A stretch of 56,554 nucleotides of DNA from assembly GCA_001785735.1 (NCBI GenBank), contig MFUP01000014.1, positions 1 through 56,554 on the forward strand, written 5' to 3'. The translations under genes were made by a program, and so were the position numbers. Numbering within the stretch: position 1 is the stretch's first letter; the number at the start of each line of letters is the position of its first letter. Positions 45,338-54,589 of this stretch are shown one piece after another. The DNA comes from Candidatus Nomurabacteria bacterium RIFCSPLOWO2_01_FULL_33_24. Lineage in GTDB: Bacteria; Patescibacteriota; Minisyncoccia; Phycocordibacterales; MFUP01. The notes beneath the pieces were generated by a model. That model did not search any database and was not told where the DNA came from. It worked only from the letters and a program-made list of their open reading frames with translations.

Positions 45338-47305
45338 ATGTTAAATAAATTTAAAAAACAATTTTCAAAAAAGATAACTTTCCTGATTGTTATTTTTACT
45401 ATTTTTTTATTAGTATCTTTTCCAATCGCTCAAACCCCAAAGGTTCAAGCTCAAAGTGATACGGTTCCGGCGATTGGAACTATTACTTATTCGGACAAAA
45501 CCAACGAATCAGCTGTTTTGCTTGGATCCTGGGATAGTGGCGATAACGAAGATACTGAAATGAAAACTTATTTTGAATGGGGGCTAAGTGATGATTATGG
45601 CGAAAGAACTAATGAAATTTATCAAGGTCCCGGTTCGGGAATAGTTGGAACTACTATTATTGGACTCCATTCAAATCGCCCTTATCATTTTAGACTAGTG
45701 GGAGAAGTAGTTAACCAGGGGTCTTATGCCAACCAAACTTTCTATGGAGAGGATGTTTCTTTTGTTACTAATCAATATATTGGAGGGGGGGGGAAAAAAC
45801 CAGAAATTATTACTTTGGACACCGATTATATCAGCGATACTGCGGGAAATCTTAATGCTCATTTTGAGGATGAGAATTCTGGCCTTGATACTAATATTTA
45901 TTTTGAATATGGAACAAGCGATTCTTTCGGTAATATTACTGGAACAAATACTATGAGTGATCAAAGTGGCACAACCGCAATATATATCGAAAACTTACAT
46001 CCTGATAATCAGTATTATTTTAGAGCCGTTGGTTATAACGATAATGGGATAACTATTGGAAATACTTTAATTTTTATTACTTATAAGGCTGGCGATGAAG
46101 GAAGCGGAAGACCTCCATCAGAAAATGGAAGAGTCTATGTGGAAGGATCAGGAAATATCTTCAGACAAAAAACATACTCCGGGGGTATTGGCGATCCCTC
46201 AAGCACAGGAGCAAAGACTGTTGGGGGAATTGCTTTAGCTATTGCCAGCTGTGCCGGAGTAGGAGATATGATTGCCGATTTTATTGGTGGAATTGGTAAA
46301 GAAGCGGCAGATAAAGTGGGAAATGAATTGAAAGAAAAGACAAAAACAACAGTAGAAGATAAAGTGGGGAGTGAATTAACTACTCCGGCTGTCCCGACAA
46401 AAGAGGTGTCAAGCAGTGAAATATCAAAAGACACAGAAAAAAATAAAAAGGAAAATAAGGCATTAAATCAAAAGGAAAAATGTTTGGATGCCATTGCTTA
46501 TGAAGCCGCTCATCAGGTCCTTGATAAGTTAACCGCCAATACTGTTAATTGGATTAATTCTGGTTTTCAAGGAGGCGCTTTTTTCCAAAACCCAGATAAT
46601 TATTTTTCCGATTTGGCTGAAAGAGAACTTAATTATTTTATAAATATAATCGGGTATAACAATCAAGATTATCCTTTTGGAAGACGGTTGGCTGAAAATC
46701 TCGCTCGTAATGTTAGGAGAGGATTTGAACAAAATGCTAAATTTACCCTTCAGCAAGCAATGAGGGATAATCGTTCTTATACTGATTTTTACACTGATTT
46801 TTCTGCTGGTGGCTGGGATGCTTGGCTGATGATGACCCAATTACCCCAAAATAATCCTGTTGGTTTTAAAATAATAACTGACGAAGAATTGCAAAAACGA
46901 TTTGCCGGTCATTATGAATCTCCTTTTAATGCTATTAGAGAAAGTCTTAGAATAAACGGAGGTTTCTTCAACCAACAAAAATGCGTTGACCCGGTAGATT
47001 TTGAGGAATTAGATAAAAATAATTTTACAAAGGAAGACTTATCGTATGTTCAAAAAATAGCTTATGCTGGTAGCTCAAGCGAAGACCAAAAAAAGGCGGC
47101 TAGAGAAGATATTAGAAAACACACTTGCCTGCGATGGGAAACAAGGACTCCGGGGAATATGATCTCTGATGGGCTTAGTAATGCTTTGGGTTCAGATTTT
47201 AAACAAATGGAATTAGCCGATGAATTAAACGAATCAATCGCGGCGATAATGGATGCTTTGATTTACCGGGTTGTTGATGAAGGATTAAGTGAAATTAATT
47301 TGTAA
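45338..47305 (+). CDS. secreted protein with two FN3-like repeats and a C-terminal domain of unknown function
   Basis: Signal peptide ending in VQAQ. Repeated YFEWG/YFEYG ... L(H)xxxxYxFR(L/A)VG units, and a Gly-rich hydrophobic segment (VGGIALAIASCAGVGDMIADFIGGIG). Contains a G9 tract. Confidence 0.6.
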   Translation: MLNKFKKQFSKKITFLIVIFTIFLLVSFPIAQTPKVQAQSDTVPAIGTITYSDKTNESAVLLGSWDSGDNEDTEMKTYFEWGLSDDYGERTNEIYQGPGSGIVGTTIIGLHSNRPYHFRLVGEVVNQGSYANQTFYGEDVSFVTNQYIGGGGKKPEIITLDTDYISDTAGNLNAHFEDENSGLDTNIYFEYGTSDSFGNITGTNTMSDQSGTTAIYIENLHPDNQYYFRAVGYNDNGITIGNTLIFITYKAGDEGSGRPPSENGRVYVEGSGNIFRQKTYSGGIGDPSSTGAKTVGGIALAIASCAGVGDMIADFIGGIGKEAADKVGNELKEKTKTTVEDKVGSELTTPAVPTKEVSSSEISKDTEKNKKENKALNQKEKCLDAIAYEAAHQVLDKLTANTVNWINSGFQGGAFFQNPDNYFSDLAERELNYFINIIGYNNQDYPFGRRLAENLARNVRRGFEQNAKFTLQQAMRDNRSYTDFYTDFSAGGWDAWLMMTQLPQNNPVGFKIITDEELQKRFAGHYESPFNAIRESLRINGGFFNQQKCVDPVDFEELDKNNFTKEDLSYVQKIAYAGSSSEDQKKAAREDIRKHTCLRWETRTPGNMISDGLSNALGSDFKQMELADELNESIAAIMDALIYRVVDEGLSEINL

Positions 47306-49929
47306 TGAAAAAATTTTTAATACCAATATTAATAATCACAATTTTTCTAGGGGGAGTTTTGGTCCCGATTGGTTTTAAATTTGATTCTCAAAACAAAATT
47401 GCTGTTGAAAAAAATATCGCTTGGGCTTTTCTAGCCGATATAACTGATATTACTGTTTCAGAAACGGGGGCTTCGGCAGTAATAACGGGGGAATTCACCA
47501 CTGCTCCTCGTTCTTATTTTGTGAAAGTGCGTAATACTACCACGAATGATGAAAAAAAATATCCTCTTAGTGTTACTAATTTAAAATTTTTAATAACAGT
47601 TACATTAACTCAAGGCCAGTCATATGAAGCGGATGTGTGGCAAGTAGATAATGCCCAAGGGGGGGCTTCGAGAGCAAGTCATTCTGTTCAATTTGAGGCA
47701 GTTTATTCAACCCCCGAAGAAAAAGCGACCCAAAGAGCAAATAATTTCATCGGGGACGAATTAGATTGTGGTTACACAACAATCTTTACAGATTGTCTAG
47801 TGCTTGGACTTTATAATATAGTTTATGTTCCTTCTTCTTGGATATTGGCCGGGGGAGGAAAAATATTTGATGTTTTTGCCAGTATCTCTTTAGATTCAAG
47901 AATGTATGGGGATTCTACTTTTGTGGAAGAGGGGTGGAAAATTGTTAGAGATATCGCTAACATCTTTTTTATTTTTGGTCTTCTTTGGATTGCCATTAAC
48001 ATTATTTTGGGGTTAAGTTCTCAGGTGAATCCTAAAAAATTATTACCTACTTTAATTATTGTCGCTCTTTTAATAAATTTTAGTTTATTTTTTTCTAAAG
48101 TAATTATAGATTCCTCCAATATTATTGCCAAAATTTTTTATAATCGGATTGAGGTTACTGGAGCCGTCGGAGATAGTTTTACCTCGGCTGGAGAACAAAG
48201 TTTATCTCTGGGAATTACCAAAGGATTGGGAGTCCAAAAAATTTTTTCGCCTGAGACAATAGAAGCCCTAAAAGCTGATCCCAAAATGAATACTGATGGG
48301 GATATTAGTTTGGGAGCGCTGGCTCTTATTATTATTTTGGGAATATTTGTTAATCTTTCAGCTGCTTGGACGCTTATTATTGCCGGCGTCTTATTCTTAA
48401 GCCGAATATTAAGTTTGTGGATAGTAATGATCTTCTCTCCTTTGGCTTTTGCTTCTTACGCTGTTCCGGGAATAAGTTCAATGATGGAGGAGGTGGGACA
48501 CCAAAAATGGTGGACTAATCTTATTAACCTTTCTTTTCTGGCTCCCATTTTTATCTTCTTTATTTACTTAATTATCCTGATGATTAATAGCGACTTTCTA
48601 TCTGGTTTGTTAAATACAGGAGGAGATTTTACTTACATAATGGTTATTATTCTTTTACAATTCTTATTCATTCTCTTTTTATTAAAAATGGCCAAGCAAA
48701 CAGCGGAAAAATTAGCCGGGGAAATGGGATCAACTTTTGTAAAAGCAGCCAAAGCTGTTGGGGGGGTAGCCCTGGGAGCAGCTACCGGCGGAGCCGCTTT
48801 AATGGGAAGAGCTAGTCTTGGAAGAGTGGGAAGTATGCTTGCTAAAAGCGAAAGACTCAAAAGATTTGCTTCTGGAACAGACAAGGAAGGCAATGAAGTC
48901 AAACGTGGTGCTTTTGGGAAACTAGCTCAATTTGGCGCTAAAGGACTTAGAAAAACATCTATTGCTTCCGCCAAAGGAAGTTGGGATATCCGTCGAACAG
49001 CTGTGGGGGGAGAATTGTCTAAACAAACAGGATTGAATCTTGACAATAAAATTGTCAGTGGGGTTGGTTTAGGGACCAAAACAACCACCGGCGGTTGGAC
49101 AGAGGCAACAAAAAGAAAAGCCCAAAAAATAAAGGAGGAACAAAAATCATATGGGATGGGAAAGGGAGCGGCAACAGGACAAGATAAAAAGGTTAGTCAA
49201 TGGAAAAATGAAAAACAATCAACTGATGATGCTCGGGAGGAAGAGAAAAAAGAGAAAAAAGATAAATACGAAGAAGAATATAATAAAGCTCGAGAAGAAG
49301 AAAAAAGAGATGTTGTTTATGACCCTGATAGAGAATATAACGAGGAAGAGTTTAGGAAAAAATATGAATCTGAACATGGAAAAGCTGATAGTTGGGAAGA
49401 AAAAGACGAGGAACAATTTAAACAAAAATATGAAACTGGCGGTAAAACATATATTGGAGAAACTAGCGCCAGGCCGAAAACTTCCAAGGAAATTAATGAA
49501 GCTCGGAGAGAAAGTTTTACCAAGCAACAAACCGGTGATATCTATGATAAAAGCGGAAAAATAATCCCGGGAAAAGCTTTTAAGGAATTTGGTAAAGACT
49601 TAATAAAAGAAACCTTAAAAGGGATGGCTCTGGGGGCGGCTGTTGGAACAGTTATTCCAGGAGCAGGAACTATGGTTGGCGGTGCTTTTGGCGCGGGAGC
49701 AGGATTTTTGAAAGGATTAAAAGATTTACTAATTAATCCGTCTGGGAGAGAACGAGAAGTAATTGACGCTCTTGAAAGTGAAGATAGCGATTCAAAAAAA
49801 ATTCTTGATGATTTAAAGAAAAAAATAAAGGAAGAAGAAAAAGAGAAAAAAGAAGAAAAAGAAGAAAAAGAAGAAAAAGAGAAAAAAGAAGAAAAAGAAG
49901 AAAATAATAAAAATGAAAACATTAATTAA
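47305..49929 (+). CDS. VirB6/TrbL-like polytopic membrane protein with Gly-rich and Lys/Glu-rich C-terminal tail
   Basis: Several TM helices in the central ~300 aa. The start overlaps the upstream stop (TAATG). The call rests on topology and on neighbouring PrgI-like and VirB4-like genes. Confidence 0.5.
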   Translation: MKKFLIPILIITIFLGGVLVPIGFKFDSQNKIAVEKNIAWAFLADITDITVSETGASAVITGEFTTAPRSYFVKVRNTTTNDEKKYPLSVTNLKFLITVTLTQGQSYEADVWQVDNAQGGASRASHSVQFEAVYSTPEEKATQRANNFIGDELDCGYTTIFTDCLVLGLYNIVYVPSSWILAGGGKIFDVFASISLDSRMYGDSTFVEEGWKIVRDIANIFFIFGLLWIAINIILGLSSQVNPKKLLPTLIIVALLINFSLFFSKVIIDSSNIIAKIFYNRIEVTGAVGDSFTSAGEQSLSLGITKGLGVQKIFSPETIEALKADPKMNTDGDISLGALALIIILGIFVNLSAAWTLIIAGVLFLSRILSLWIVMIFSPLAFASYAVPGISSMMEEVGHQKWWTNLINLSFLAPIFIFFIYLIILMINSDFLSGLLNTGGDFTYIMVIILLQFLFILFLLKMAKQTAEKLAGEMGSTFVKAAKAVGGVALGAATGGAALMGRASLGRVGSMLAKSERLKRFASGTDKEGNEVKRGAFGKLAQFGAKGLRKTSIASAKGSWDIRRTAVGGELSKQTGLNLDNKIVSGVGLGTKTTTGGWTEATKRKAQKIKEEQKSYGMGKGAATGQDKKVSQWKNEKQSTDDAREEEKKEKKDKYEEEYNKAREEEKRDVVYDPDREYNEEEFRKKYESEHGKADSWEEKDEEQFKQKYETGGKTYIGETSARPKTSKEINEARRESFTKQQTGDIYDKSGKIIPGKAFKEFGKDLIKETLKGMALGAAVGTVIPGAGTMVGGAFGAGAGFLKGLKDLLINPSGREREVIDALESEDSDSKKILDDLKKKIKEEEKEKKEEKEEKEEKEKKEEKEENNKNENIN
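49827..49904 (+). repeat. 78-nt pure polypurine tract, (GAAGAAAAA)-type, encoding (EEK)n
   Basis: No pyrimidine on the + strand between t49826 and t49905. Confidence 0.9.
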
Positions 49930-49942
49930 TAATTAAAAAGAT

Positions 49943-50635
49943 ATGAATAATCAAATTGCCCAAGCTATAAAACAAAGATATGATAATATGCCAGAGGATA
50001 TAAAACAAATTATTGTTTCATCTGATTATCAAGATGGTTTAGTCAATATTAGTAAAAAATTTAAATTAAACATTGAACAACTTGGTGTTTTAGAAATAAA
50101 TACTACTATGGTTTTATTAGGAATCATTAACCCGAATAAACTTCAAGAAGAACTTGAAAAAGAACTAAACATTAATAGTGAAAAAACTAAAGGTATTACT
50201 AAGGAAATTAATGATCAGATTTTTCATAAAGTTAAATGGTCATTAGAAAAAATATTTAACAATTCTGAAGATAAGATATCTAAAGAATCTTTAATAGAAA
50301 AAAATAAACAAAAAAATCAACCTCCTGTTAATTTACCCGTTGGAGAACCGGGTAAGACAATTAATATTTTAGAAAAAGATTTGGCTCATCAGGTGAAAAC
50401 TGATGAAGATTTAGAAGAGAGGGAAGAAATATTAAGAAGAATAGAGGATTCTCCAATTGATAAAAAAGAAAAGTGGGATAAAAACTTTGAAATTAAAAAC
50501 AAAGAAGAATCTGGCATTATTGAAGAAAAAATGAAAAGTTTATTTAGGGTCCCAAGCCAAGAAACAGATTATTCAAAGGATAATAAAAAAGATATTTATA
50601 AGGGGAAAGATCCTTATAAAGAAACTATAAAGTAA
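49943..50635 (+). CDS. hypothetical charged protein
   Basis: 230-aa ORF tightly packed in the operon. No motif recognised. Confidence 0.5.
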   Translation: MNNQIAQAIKQRYDNMPEDIKQIIVSSDYQDGLVNISKKFKLNIEQLGVLEINTTMVLLGIINPNKLQEELEKELNINSEKTKGITKEINDQIFHKVKWSLEKIFNNSEDKISKESLIEKNKQKNQPPVNLPVGEPGKTINILEKDLAHQVKTDEDLEEREEILRRIEDSPIDKKEKWDKNFEIKNKEESGIIEEKMKSLFRVPSQETDYSKDNKKDIYKGKDPYKETIK

Positions 50636-50636
50636 A

Positions 50637-51050
50637 ATGCGATTTAGAGTGCCACAATTTATTGATATTGAAGACAAGGTTTTTGGTCCTTTTAGCTTTA
50701 AACAATTTGTTTATTTAGCTGGTGGAGGAGGTCTTTCTTATGTTATTTTTAAAATTTTGCCACTTTTTATTGCTATCTTTCTTATTTTGCCGGTGATAGC
50801 TTTATCTTTGGCCCTAACATTTTATAAAGTAAACAATAAACCATTTATTGCTGTTTTGGAATCTTATTTTAAATATCTTATTCAGGGAAAATTATATATT
50901 TGGAGAAAAGAAAGAAAAATAACAAAAAAGAAAGAGGTTGATAAAATTTCAAAAGAAACATCTCAAGTCCCCGGATTATCTGGAAGTAAGTTGAAAGAAA
51001 TTTCTTGGAGTTTAGATGTTTTAGATATCAATGAAGATAATAACCAATAA
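50637..51050 (+). CDS. PrgI-family / VirB3-like small membrane protein
   Basis: MRFRVPQFIDIEDKVFGPFSFKQFVYLAGG, then two TM helices. This matches the PrgI-family pattern from Gram-positive conjugation systems (recalled from memory) and sits directly upstream of VirB4-like genes. Confidence 0.6.
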   Translation: MRFRVPQFIDIEDKVFGPFSFKQFVYLAGGGGLSYVIFKILPLFIAIFLILPVIALSLALTFYKVNNKPFIAVLESYFKYLIQGKLYIWRKERKITKKKEVDKISKETSQVPGLSGSKLKEISWSLDVLDINEDNNQ

Positions 51051-51053
51051 TTT

Positions 51054-51689
51054 ATGGCTTTAGGATCTAAAACAACTCAAAATTTTGTTCCTATTAAAGA
51101 GGTCCGAGGGGGAATTATTATTTTAAAAGATGGAGGAATGAGAACTATCTTAATGGCCTCTTCTACTAATCTGGCCCTTAAGTCAGAGGAGGAACAAAAA
51201 GCAATTATTTCCCAATTCCAAGCTTTTCTTAATTCTCTCGATTTTTCGACTCAAATTGTTATTCAATCAAAAAAATTAGATATAAAACCATATTTAATTT
51301 TATTAGAAAATAGAATGAAAGAACAAGAAGAGCCTCTTCTAAAAATTCAAACTAGAGAATATATTGAATTTATTCGAAGTTTTACGGAAGAAGTAAATAT
51401 TATGACAAAAAACTTTTATGTTGTTGTTCCCTATACCTTGGCCCCGTTTAATAAGGGAGGTGGCTTAAGAGAAAAATTTCTAGGTAGTTCCCAAAAAAAT
51501 AATCTTGGGGAAAAAATTTCTAGTTTTGAGGAGAGCAGAAGCCAGCTAGAACAAAGAATGGAGGTTATTCAACAAGGTCTTTCTAGGGTGGGAATTCAAA
51601 CAATCCGATTAGGAACAGAGGAGGTGGTTGAATTATTTTATAAAATATTTAACCCCGGCGACACCACTCAATCAATAAAAATAGAGTAA
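51054..51689 (+). CDS. VirB4/TraE N-terminal-domain-like protein (separate ORF)
   Basis: QNFVPIKEVRGGIIILKDGGMRTILMASSTNLALKSEEEQKAIISQFQAFLNSLDFSTQIVIQSKK resembles the extreme N-terminus of Firmicutes VirB4-type conjugation ATPases (from memory). Confidence 0.5.
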   Translation: MALGSKTTQNFVPIKEVRGGIIILKDGGMRTILMASSTNLALKSEEEQKAIISQFQAFLNSLDFSTQIVIQSKKLDIKPYLILLENRMKEQEEPLLKIQTREYIEFIRSFTEEVNIMTKNFYVVVPYTLAPFNKGGGLREKFLGSSQKNNLGEKISSFEESRSQLEQRMEVIQQGLSRVGIQTIRLGTEEVVELFYKIFNPGDTTQSIKIE

Positions 51690-51691
51690 TT

Positions 51692-53740
51692 ATGAATATT
51701 CTTGATAAATTATTTAAAAAAAATGCAGGCAAGGATGAAGATTCTATTTCTCCGGTTCTTCCTCAAGAAATATATGAAGCGGCCACTCTTGAACTTCAAG
51801 ATATTATTGCCCCTTCAGCTTTAAAAATAGAAGCTAAATCAATCAATCTTGGAGAAAAACTCGCTAGAACTTTTTTTGTTATTTCTTACCCAAGATATTT
51901 AACCGATAATTGGTTCTCTCCAATTATTAATTTGGATAAGATTTTTGATGTTTCTATTTTTATTCATCCAATTGAAACATCAAAAATCTTGCGTCAATTT
52001 CAAAAAAAAGTAGCGGAGGTTCAGAGTCAAATTAACGTCCGAGAAGGAAAAGGGTTGGTTCGCGACCCCAAACTTGATACTGCTTATCAAGACTTAGAAT
52101 CTCTTCGGGATCAGCTTCAGCAAGCCACGGAAAAAATGTTTGAGGTTGGACTTTATATTACAATTTATGCCGAAAATGAATCTGAGCTTTATAAAACTGA
52201 AACTGAAATTAAATCTATTTTGGAAGCTAAATTAGTTTATATCAAACCAGCTCTTTTTCAACAAGAAGAAGGATTTAAAAGTACTATTCCGATTGGAACT
52301 GATCTTCTTAGGGTAAACCAAAAATTAAATTCGGAACCGTTGTCTAGTCTTTTCCCTTTTATTTCTTTTGATCTTACTTCGGATAAAGGGATTCTTTATG
52401 GGGTCAACCGACATAATTCAAGTTTAGTAATTTTTGATCGGTTTTCACTTCCCAATTTTAATTCGATTATTCTCGCCACCGCGGGAGCGGGAAAATCATA
52501 CGCAACCAAGTTGGAAATTTTAAGAACCTTAATGTTTGATACTGAAGTTATTGTGATTGACCCAGAAAGAGAGTATGAATACTTGGCAGAAGCAATTGGG
52601 GGTCGTTATTTTAATATTTCTCTTTCTTCTGATCATCATATTAATCCATTTGATTTAGCAATTCCTCGGGAAGACGAGACTGCTTCAGATGTTTTGAGAT
52701 CAAATATTATTAATTTAGTCGGTCTTTTTAGGATTATGTTAGGAGGGTTAACCCCCGAAGAAGATTCCCTAATTGACAGAGCAATCTCTGAAACCTATGC
52801 CATAAAAGATATTACCGTTGATTCAGATTTTTCTGATATTGAACCACCTCTTTTGTCTGATTTTGAAATGGTTTTATCGGGGATGGAGGGAACAGAATCT
52901 ATTATTCAAAGACTTTCCAAATATACTAGGGGAAGTTGGAAAACCTTTATTAACCAACCAAGCAATATTGATATTAATAAAAAATTTGTTGTTTTTTCAG
53001 TTAGAGATATGGAGGATGAATTGAAGCCGGTGGCGATGTATATAGTTACTCATTATATTTGGACAGCCATTAGAAAAGAATTGAAAAAAAGATTATTGGT
53101 GGTTGACGAGGCTTGGTGGATGATGAAATCGGAAGATACTGCTTCTTTTCTTTACGGGATTGCTAAAAGAGGTAGAAAATATTATTTAGGTTTAGCAACT
53201 ATTACTCAAGATGTTGGTGATTTTATGGAATCACCTTATGGTATTCCGATTATTACCAACTCGTCTATTCAAGTTCTTCTTAAACAATCTCCTAGCACCA
53301 TTGATGTTCTTCAAAAAACATTTAATTTAACCGATGAAGAAAAATATCTTATTTTGGAAGCTGGTCTTGGAGAAGGAATTTTCTTTGCCGGCCTGAAACA
53401 TATCGCCATAAAAACCATTGCTTCTTATACAGAAGATCAAATTATTACTTCGGACCCATCTCAAATTTTAGCAATTGAGAAAGCAAAAAAAGAACTGGAA
53501 AGAAATGAGGAAATATCAAATTCAGACTCAGAAAGGTTGCCAGCTGGTCAAACATGGATTAACGAACCAACCCCGGCTATTGAAGAAAAAACTATCAAAA
53601 AAGAACCTGAAAAACCCGAAGAAATACCTAAACCAAAGGATGAAAAACCAATCGTCAATCCAAGTAGAACCTCAAAATTAGAAGAGACCAAGAAAGGAAT
53701 AGAGGAGGAGTTAAAAATTCTTGAAGAAAAGTTTAAGTAG
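51692..53740 (+). CDS. VirB4/TraC-like type IV secretion ATPase
   Basis: IAPSALKIE...ARTFFVISYPRYL..WFSPIINLD segment, Walker A (ATAGAGKSYATK), Walker B (LLVVDEAWWMM), and ATITQDVGDF. Confidence 0.8.
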   Translation: MNILDKLFKKNAGKDEDSISPVLPQEIYEAATLELQDIIAPSALKIEAKSINLGEKLARTFFVISYPRYLTDNWFSPIINLDKIFDVSIFIHPIETSKILRQFQKKVAEVQSQINVREGKGLVRDPKLDTAYQDLESLRDQLQQATEKMFEVGLYITIYAENESELYKTETEIKSILEAKLVYIKPALFQQEEGFKSTIPIGTDLLRVNQKLNSEPLSSLFPFISFDLTSDKGILYGVNRHNSSLVIFDRFSLPNFNSIILATAGAGKSYATKLEILRTLMFDTEVIVIDPEREYEYLAEAIGGRYFNISLSSDHHINPFDLAIPREDETASDVLRSNIINLVGLFRIMLGGLTPEEDSLIDRAISETYAIKDITVDSDFSDIEPPLLSDFEMVLSGMEGTESIIQRLSKYTRGSWKTFINQPSNIDINKKFVVFSVRDMEDELKPVAMYIVTHYIWTAIRKELKKRLLVVDEAWWMMKSEDTASFLYGIAKRGRKYYLGLATITQDVGDFMESPYGIPIITNSSIQVLLKQSPSTIDVLQKTFNLTDEEKYLILEAGLGEGIFFAGLKHIAIKTIASYTEDQIITSDPSQILAIEKAKKELERNEEISNSDSERLPAGQTWINEPTPAIEEKTIKKEPEKPEEIPKPKDEKPIVNPSRTSKLEETKKGIEEELKILEEKFK

Positions 53741-53786
53741 AGAGGAAAATGGTGTTTTAATAATGTTATAATATATAATAATTGTA

Positions 53787-54584
53787 ATGATTGAAGATAA
53801 AAATAAAAAAAATACAAAGGGAGAGGAAAAAAACGAAAAAAAAGTGAAGACTATTAGAACTTTTGCCTCTGATATGGCTAAGGCTGTGGAAAATCAGAAA
53901 CGAGACTTAAAAAAAACAACCATAGATACTTTATCTGCTAATAATGTGGTTTCTTCTTTTTCCCAAACACCAGAATCAGCAACAACTTCTTCGCCGTCAG
54001 TTGTTAATAATATTTCTAATCAATCATTTGATAGCGAGGAACAAAAAAAAGAAAATGAAAAAATTTTGAAAAATTCCGGGATAGAGGTAATTAATCAAGA
54101 AATAGATAAACCACCTCAAGAAACAAAAATTACTGCTCCTTTTATAAAAAAAGTCCCGGCGGGAGAAACAAAAGAGAAAATAAAAGAATTTAAAAAAGCC
54201 AAAGAAAATATTGGGGAAGAAATAAAACAACTAGAAGAGGAGTTTAATAAAGAAATTGGGGAAAACAAAAAAACAACAAAGTCGCCTAAAAAAGATGAGT
54301 CTGTTAGTTTGGAAGAAAAAGCCAAGGAACTAAAAAGAACTAAGGATAAAATTGAGGAAGAAATAAAAAGTCTTGAAGAAAATGCCAAGAAAGAATTAAC
54401 TGGGTTAAAAGAAACAAAGAAAAAAATTGAGGGGGCCATAAATAAAATAAAAGAATTAGAGAAAAATAAAAATAAAATTGAGGAAGAAATAAATAAAATA
54501 AAAGAATTAGAGGAAAATAAAAAGAAAATTGAGGAAGAAATAAAAAGCCTTGAGGGGGGTTTAGGAGGGGTTTTTGATGATTAA
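53787..54584 (+). CDS. Lys/Glu-rich coiled-coil protein with N-terminal RT[YF]xSD motif
   Basis: TIRTFASDMAKAV motif near the N-terminus, and repeated KIEEEIKSLEE-type heptads. Confidence 0.55.
   Translation: MIEDKNKKNTKGEEKNEKKVKTIRTFASDMAKAVENQKRDLKKTTIDTLSANNVVSSFSQTPESATTSSPSVVNNISNQSFDSEEQKKENEKILKNSGIEVINQEIDKPPQETKITAPFIKKVPAGETKEKIKEFKKAKENIGEEIKQLEEEFNKEIGENKKTTKSPKKDESVSLEEKAKELKRTKDKIEEEIKSLEENAKKELTGLKETKKKIEGAINKIKELEKNKNKIEEEINKIKELEENKKKIEEEIKSLEGGLGGVFDD
54438..54539 (+). repeat. 51-nt tandem duplication (2 copies) inside the coiled-coil gene
   Basis: ataaataaaataaaagaattagag(a/g)aaaataaaaa(t/g)aaaattgaggaagaa repeated head-to-tail. Encodes INKIKELE(K/E)NK(N/K)KIEEE. Confidence 0.85.
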
Positions 54585-54589
54585 AAATA

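Noticed and set aside
49151-49922. Alternative-frame and antisense ORFs (49151-49564+, 49219-49530-, 49317-49523-, 49542-49922-) and a possible CRISPR-like periodicity in the purine-rich region
   Set aside because: These are artefacts of the Lys/Glu-rich low-complexity tail of the VirB6-like gene. The repeats are 9-nt coding repeats without spacers.
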